DNA of 64,000 bases, from contig CM022673.1 of the NCBI GenBank assembly GCA_012295275.1, positions 12,338,001 to 12,402,000 of the forward strand. The letters are read 5' to 3'. Every line of letters begins with the position of its first letter. Within the stretch, counting starts at the first letter, position 1. The position numbers and the translations under genes were made by a program. A model generated the notes under the pieces. The model searched no databases. It was not told where the DNA came from and saw only the letters and a list, made by a program, of their open reading frames with translations. Shown here piece after piece: positions 59,190-64,000 of the stretch. Origin of the DNA: Chrysomallon squamiferum (lineage: Eukaryota > Animalia > Mollusca).

Positions 59190-60954
59190 TGCATATTATA
59201 TATATATATATATATGTATATTTTCATTATGGTTATGTACTTTCAACGGTTATGTACTTCTAATATAATTTAATTAATTGTTATATTACTGATTTATTTA
59301 AACATAGCCTACATTAAAAATCTACATTAAAAAAACAAATGTCGAAAGCAATCATTTTAAATATAAAAATTAAAATCATGCACGCTTTTTTATTGTTAAG
59401 TGATTATAACTAAAATTACATTATTAGAAAGTCACCGCTTCGAGTTCAAGCCAAAGATACAAATATTCACTGTATATATCTTAAATTACACCGTTTGACA
59501 GTTCATATATACTAAAACTATTAAGTGTAGTTTCAGTATGTAATAATCCCAAGAATTCAGAGAAACTGACTAAGCCGTGAAATGCACGTCCAGCATATAA
59601 TTAATCTACTGTACTTTTATGAACGTTTATATTACAGAGTAAACATACCACCTGAGGCCAGGCAGTTTGGCGGTTCAGTCCTCTGTCGCGTACCCATTAC
59701 GAGATTTCTCGTTCTATTCCGGGTACGATAAGTTTATCAAACTGATTTATTCATATTCTCAACACTACTATATAACTAATTTTCATTTATGTGTCAGTTT
59801 TAAAATAAAGTAATTTGATATTTATCGCTATCAGTGATTCAGGTGGTAATGATTGAAGAAGAAAATAAAAAAAAAATAAATAAATAAATAATAATAATAT
59901 TAACTTAATAAACAGCTATAAAAGAAATGAAAAGCATTTTGAAAATTAAAAAAAAACAAAATAAATAAAATAATAATAAAATAAAATAAATGAATGACAA
60001 AAAAATAAAAAATTATGAATGAAAATATTTAAACACTATTTAGTAGCAACAGCAAAAACAAGAAGAATAACAACAGCAATTAATAAGAAGAAGAAGAAGA
60101 AGAAAAGAAGCAAAATGAAGATAATGATAATACCTTAAAAATTTGAATTTGAATGAATGAATGAATATTTATTTATTTACTTATTTATTTATTTGGTTGG
60201 TTGTTTGTTTGTTTGTAAACGAAGTAAAATACCATTATTGTTTTCATTTCCACTTATTATCTATCTAAAATCTGATTTAAAAGCAATTAATCAAAACAGC
60301 TTTTGTTTTGACAGCTGGTTAATGTACTCACATAACAAGGTCAGTTAAAACAAATTTTTACACACAAGAACAAGTCAGACATATCAATTCTTTATATTTG
60401 GTAAGTACAACTGTTTGTAGTACTGTAGTATCTGGTTGTTGTTGATTATCATGTCACCTTCGTCTTTTTATTTCTTTTTTTTGTTTTCATCATCCATCTT
60501 CTTTTTTTTTATTTTTTCTTCTTTCTTCTTCGAAGCACCAACTGTAATAGTTGTTGTTGGCGGTGGTTTATTACTGTTGTTGCTGTTGTTATTATGTTGT
60601 TGTTGTTGTTATTTTGTTTGTTGTTGTTGATGATGATGATGATGATGTTGCTGTTGTCATCTGATTTATGATCTAACGTTGTTATATTATACAGTGTATC
60701 ACTATATAAAAACACAACCCAAAATCCAACGCAAGAGACCTTTAAACGTGTTAAAATAAGTGAAATCTAACATTAATGTTCAAAGTTTTTCAAAATATAA
60801 GAACTGTTTTGTTATTGAAATATGTATCGGTGGTGAAAATAACACTAAAATGAAATTTTAATAAGCAATTAACTAAAGTAATCTTTACTTCTCTCCCCTG
60901 AAAGCCATGCTATTTATTGCAGTGTTGTTATGACGTCATATTTAAGGTAAGTAT

Positions 60955-61041
<87 letters not shown>

Positions 61042-61071
61042 TTCAATGTTTGTATATATCTCTCTCTTCTT

Positions 61072-61152
<81 letters not shown>

Positions 61153-61592
61153 CCTCTTTCTCTCATCTTTTCTCTCTGATTATCAGTTTGTCTTTCTTTC
61201 TGTGATTTGTCTGTGCTTCTCTCTCTGTCTCTCTCATTCAAACCGAATGTTTTCAGTATAGACGTATGTTACTAAAAACTCATGAAATGTTTAAATGTGA
61301 CTGTTAATCTTTACAACAGTGAGATACAATCAGCTAAAGAAAATGTTTTTCTCACTTGACTTTACTCTGACGTGTTTCAGCTGTTATCCAAATGTCGCTA
61401 TGATTAGACAGAATATATAAAACACTTTATATTTGTATTTTATTTTATACACTGTTTTTTTCACCAGATAATCTAACATTAAAACTACTACTACTACTAC
61501 TACTACTACAACAACAACAACTACAACTACTGATACTACTGCTACTACTAATAAAAATAATAATGCTGCTGCTGCTGATGATGATAATGATG

Positions 61593-61647
<55 letters not shown>

Positions 61648-61906
61648 CAATAAATAATTTTAAAATTTAAATAATAAAAACACGTTTTCTTAGCTTACTT
61701 GGATAGGTACATTAAAATAAATGTAACGAAATTTTGTGATTCCTATAACTAAACTAATTCTAAAAAAGAACAAAACTTTTATAATTTATTATTCATTTAT
61801 TCATATCCATTATTCAATACATCAAACATCACAGATAAACATTTGAAAATATCGATATAATCTTATAACAAACATCTTGCCTAGTAATAATACAAAATAA
61901 TATTGA

Positions 61907-62042
61907 TCACGTGATTCGGGTTTTATTGATCATATATATATAACTTTTATATGTCTTATCCAATGACCAATGATCACGTGATTTATTCGTTCTTTTTTTA
62001 AAAACATTTATAAATCACGTGACTCATTTATCTATCACGTGA
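61907..62042. promoter_or_regulatory. Cluster of four TCACGTGA E-boxes
   Basis: Sites at 61907-61914, 61974-61981, 62015-62022 and 62035-62042, each preceded by A. Confidence 0.5.
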
Positions 62043-62055
62043 CCTCCTTTATTCT

Positions 62056-62482
62056 TCACATCATGCCATACCTTCCCATCATCCCAAGCCTTCCCATCAT
62101 TCCCATTCCACCGGGCATCCCAAATCTTCTCATCATCATCATCCGTCTGCGCATGCCCATCATCCTCATCCTACCCATCATTCCCATCCCTCCCATCATT
62201 CCCATCCCTCCCATCCCTCCCATCCCTCCCATCCTTCCCATCCTTCCCATCCTTCCCATCCCTCCCATCCCTCCCATCATACCCATGCCGGGATAGCCCA
62301 TCATCATAGGACGACGAAATCCCATCATGGGCCTCCTGTAGTAGCCACCCTCCATTTCGTCACTTTCGCCGCTTTCCGAAACTAGAAAAAATTAAAAAAT
62401 AAAATATATATATATATATATATAAACAAACAAATGTGGATAGTTTTATGATAATTTTTTGTAGATTCTAGTATTGAAAAAC

Positions 62483-62535
<53 letters not shown>

Positions 62536-62886
62536 TAACAATGATAATAATATTAACATTAATAATAATAATAATAATAACAATAATAATAATAATACCA
62601 GTAACAATAATAACATTAATAATAATATTAATAATAATAATAATAATAATGGTAATAATAGTAATAATTAAATAAATAACATTCTAACATTTGTCATCTA
62701 TAAAAAATCAGAATATGAATTTATTTATTTATTTAAAAATCGTATTCAGATTTAATTTACATACTAATGAGGAAAAGTATGTAGTATAAAAAGATCTGTA
62801 GAAGAAAAAAAATGATTCCATGAACCTCACTTACCAACGACGGAGATAATAGCAGCAGCAACAGCGAACATCAGTGTCAACTTCAT
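62056..62886 (-). CDS. Secreted Met/Gly/Arg-rich cationic peptide (125 aa); exons 62886-62835 and 62381-62056
   Basis: MKLTLMFAVAAAIISVVVSESGESDEMEGGYYRRPMMGFRRPMMMGYPGMGMMGG...GRYGMM*. Donor GTAAGT at 62834-62829. Acceptors tttctag (62382-62384) and ttttgtag (62910-62912). Confidence 0.88.
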
Positions 62887-63834
62887 GTTGTGAGAGAAAA
62901 TTTCAACGTCTACAAAATATATAAATTTAAAATGAACGCGTGTTTGTCAATTATATCGCGTCACATTTTGTTATTCTGTAGTCTTAGGCATTCTTATAAT
63001 TAAACTGAAAACTGGTTGCGATTACTCTTTAAGCTGTTATCAACAATTAACTAGGATTTTTTTCTTAATTTATTAATACTCGTTATTCATTGTCATTAGC
63101 TGCAGATTATTTATTTTGTTCTTTTCATTTTTATTTCTTTATGTAAATTATATTTATTTATTTATTTACTTACTTATTTGATATATTACAAATCATTGTA
63201 CGATTCTGAATTTCTAGAAATATATTTTGTAGCTATGCGATAATGACGGTGGTTATATTATTGTTCAGTAGGGAATGAATGAATGAAAAAATATCGATGA
63301 AAGAAAGAAAGAAAGAAGTAATAAATGAATCAATCAGTCAACGAAAACAAATTAAATTAACTAATGTTTAACGTTAAGATTGTGCTTAGATATTGTTAAA
63401 CAAATATTAATTGAAAACTTTAGAAATTCTTCTATTGTTTTTTCTTTTCTTTTTTTCTTTTTCTTTTCTTTTTTTCTTTTTCTTTCTTAAAAGTTAAGTA
63501 ACACTATATACCATATGTTATAAATATCACAACATATTTTTCATTATATATCATTCACGTTTATGTTAAAAGTTATGTAACGGGAAATATGAGTAATAAA
63601 TATTACAACATACTTTTCACTACATATCATATACGTTTATGTTAAAAATTATGACACATTATATACCATAATTATGAATTATACATATTACAATAGATTT
63701 TTCACTACAGACACAATATGTACGATATTAATTATACATTTTGTAATATATAGGACAGGTTATATATTATATTAATTATTATTATACAACACGTTTTATA
63801 TATATTTATATATTATTTACAACACACTACATAC

Positions 63835-63921
63835 CTTAAATGAAAAAACAAGTAATTTTGAATCACGTTGTTCACAAAGCTCTGCATGTCGATTTAGTTA
63901 GCAAGTTACGTCTTATATATA
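63835..63921 (-). promoter_or_regulatory. Probable TATA box and non-coding exon 1 of the Met/Arg-rich gene
   Basis: TATATATAAG at 63921-63912 and donor AAG|GTATGT at 63834. Confidence 0.5.
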
Positions 63922-64000
63922 ACAAAACGTAAGACAAAAAGAATACTTGATCAAAGGCCTTTGACACATAAATCAAAGTTAGATATGTACCAGTGTTGTG

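Overview
AT-rich, microsatellite-dense eukaryotic (animal) DNA with GT-AG introns. The style suggests a cephalopod or decapod crustacean, but this is inference only. Nearly all ORFs in the supplied track are simple-repeat artefacts; the real genes appear only after manual splicing. (1) A plus-strand single-pass membrane protein with a Tyr-motif-rich cytoplasmic tail lies at about 6.1-8.85 kb. (2) A cluster of about ten small secreted-peptide genes spans 14.3-63.9 kb. They share one layout: short non-coding exon 1 (TATA box in most), a signal-peptide exon ending in phase 1, and one mature-peptide exon. The cluster has seven tandem minus-strand paralogs (acidic Asp/Trp N-module, Gly/Met/Tyr core, basic tail), a prepropeptide predicted to release VWFPWRPWF after KR, a plus-strand Asp/Trp/Phe polyanion ending FFGR, and an Arg-rich peptide of about 38% Met. 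The VWFPWRPWF and polyanion genes are absent from the ORF track. The array shows unequal-crossover chimeras and module loss. Spacers hold a tRNA-derived SINE family and minisatellites; Tigger, Tc1/mariner and Harbinger-type remnants also occur. Three array fragments next to (GA)n tracts may be assembly or polishing artefacts.
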